Notes under the pieces: generated by a model | The model's input: the letters and a program-made list of their open reading frames with translations, nothing else | What the model was told of the DNA's origin: nothing | The model's database searches: none | NCBI GenBank assembly: GCA_964365025.1 | Contig: CAYIOJ010000002.1 | Span: forward strand, 20,208-84,207 | From: an uncultured Gammaproteobacteria bacterium | Lineage (GTDB): Bacteria; Patescibacteriota; Patescibacteriia; Magasanikbacterales; UBA10003 | Reading direction: 5' to 3' | Length of the DNA: 64,000 nucleotides | In this document: positions 63,729-64,000 of the stretch, one piece after another | Layout of the letters: each line of letters begins with the position of its first letter | Numbering within the stretch: position 1 is the stretch's first letter | Position numbers and translations under genes: made by a program

Positions 63729-63809
63729 TGTCATTGCGAGGAGGCGAAGCCGACGAAGCAATCTCATATCTAGAATTGCGAGATTGCTTCGCTACGCTCG
63801 CAATGACAG
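63729..63809. repeat. Complete palindromic GTCATTGCGAG...GAAGCAATC element (81 bp), intergenic
   Basis: The sequence is GTCATTGCGAGGAGGCGAAGCCGACGAAGCAATCTCATATCTAGAATTGCGAGATTGCTTCGCTACGCTCGCAATGAC. Confidence 0.75.
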
Positions 63810-63820
63810 TGGTAAACATT

Positions 63821-64000
63821 ATGAAAGAAGAACCTAAAGCACAACCTAAACCATTATCAGAAATTACTTTTTTTGCCGAAACCAGCTTCCGCGGCCAGGG
63901 TCGGCGTTTTGGCATTAAGACAGATGACCGCCGCCGGCATATGTATATAATAGGAAAGACCGGCATGGGCAAAACCAACATGATGGAGCAGATGGTGCTC
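63821..64000 (+). CDS. P-loop ATPase, N-terminal fragment of a VirD4/TraD/FtsK-HerA-like protein (3' end lies outside the window)
   Basis: Walker A in the context RHMYIIGKTGMGKTNMMEQMVL, which is typical of type-IV coupling proteins and DUF87 ATPases. Confidence 0.45.
   Translation, partial: MKEEPKAQPKPLSEITFFAETSFRGQGRRFGIKTDDRRRHMYIIGKTGMGKTNMMEQMVL

Noticed and set aside
10639-63809. CRISPR array formed by the GTCATTGCGAG repeats
   Set aside because: Copies are tens of kb apart, individually palindromic, variable in length, and not separated by regular spacers. No cas genes are present.

Overview
The window reads as an AT-rich (~40% GC), gene-dense bacterial chromosome segment. Its gene content and architecture resemble a Candidate Phyla Radiation / Parcubacteria-like genome, though no sequence here diagnoses the lineage. 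Short overlapping genes include rpmG, single-domain tsaB and archaeal-type pyrH. Most of the window is conserved housekeeping genes: the 3' end of xseA with xseB, rplJ-rplL, mreB, holB, frr, glycyl-tRNA synthetase, lemA/TPM, tpiA, a tRNA cluster with rpmG and tRNA-Trp, an ABC-F ATPase, a cold-shock protein beside a DEAD-box helicase, an Nramp transporter, gpsA, yidC, folD, tsaE, glyA, an Elp3-like enzyme, murC, murB, hpf, a polyamine set (pdaD, speB, hss-like, ODC-like), metK, ddl, secA and secDF. Several things are not ordinary core genome. (i) At least three families of short palindromic repeats are scattered through the window. Several copies sit in-frame inside coding sequences: murC, the Elp3-like gene, and a folD-tsaE read-through. 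(ii) Two short GC-rich islands (~27.55-28.59 kb and ~42.43-42.99 kb) carry unknown ORFs with strong canonical Shine-Dalgarno sites. (iii) A gene for a BNR-repeat lipoprotein is flanked by ~60-80 bp inverted copies of a composite hairpin repeat. (iv) An AT-rich island holds a Dam-like methyltransferase next to a small ORF broken by a frameshift at an A8 homopolymer run. (v) Two divergent AAA+ (DUF4143) ATPase genes lie in AT-rich patches. (vi) A ~430-nt GC-rich non-coding segment looks like a structured RNA, possibly RNase P RNA. (vii) The Elp3-like gene is paired divergently with a Trm9-like methyltransferase gene. (viii) SecD carries an embedded parvulin-like domain. All calls come from reading the translations and DNA by eye; no database searches were run.
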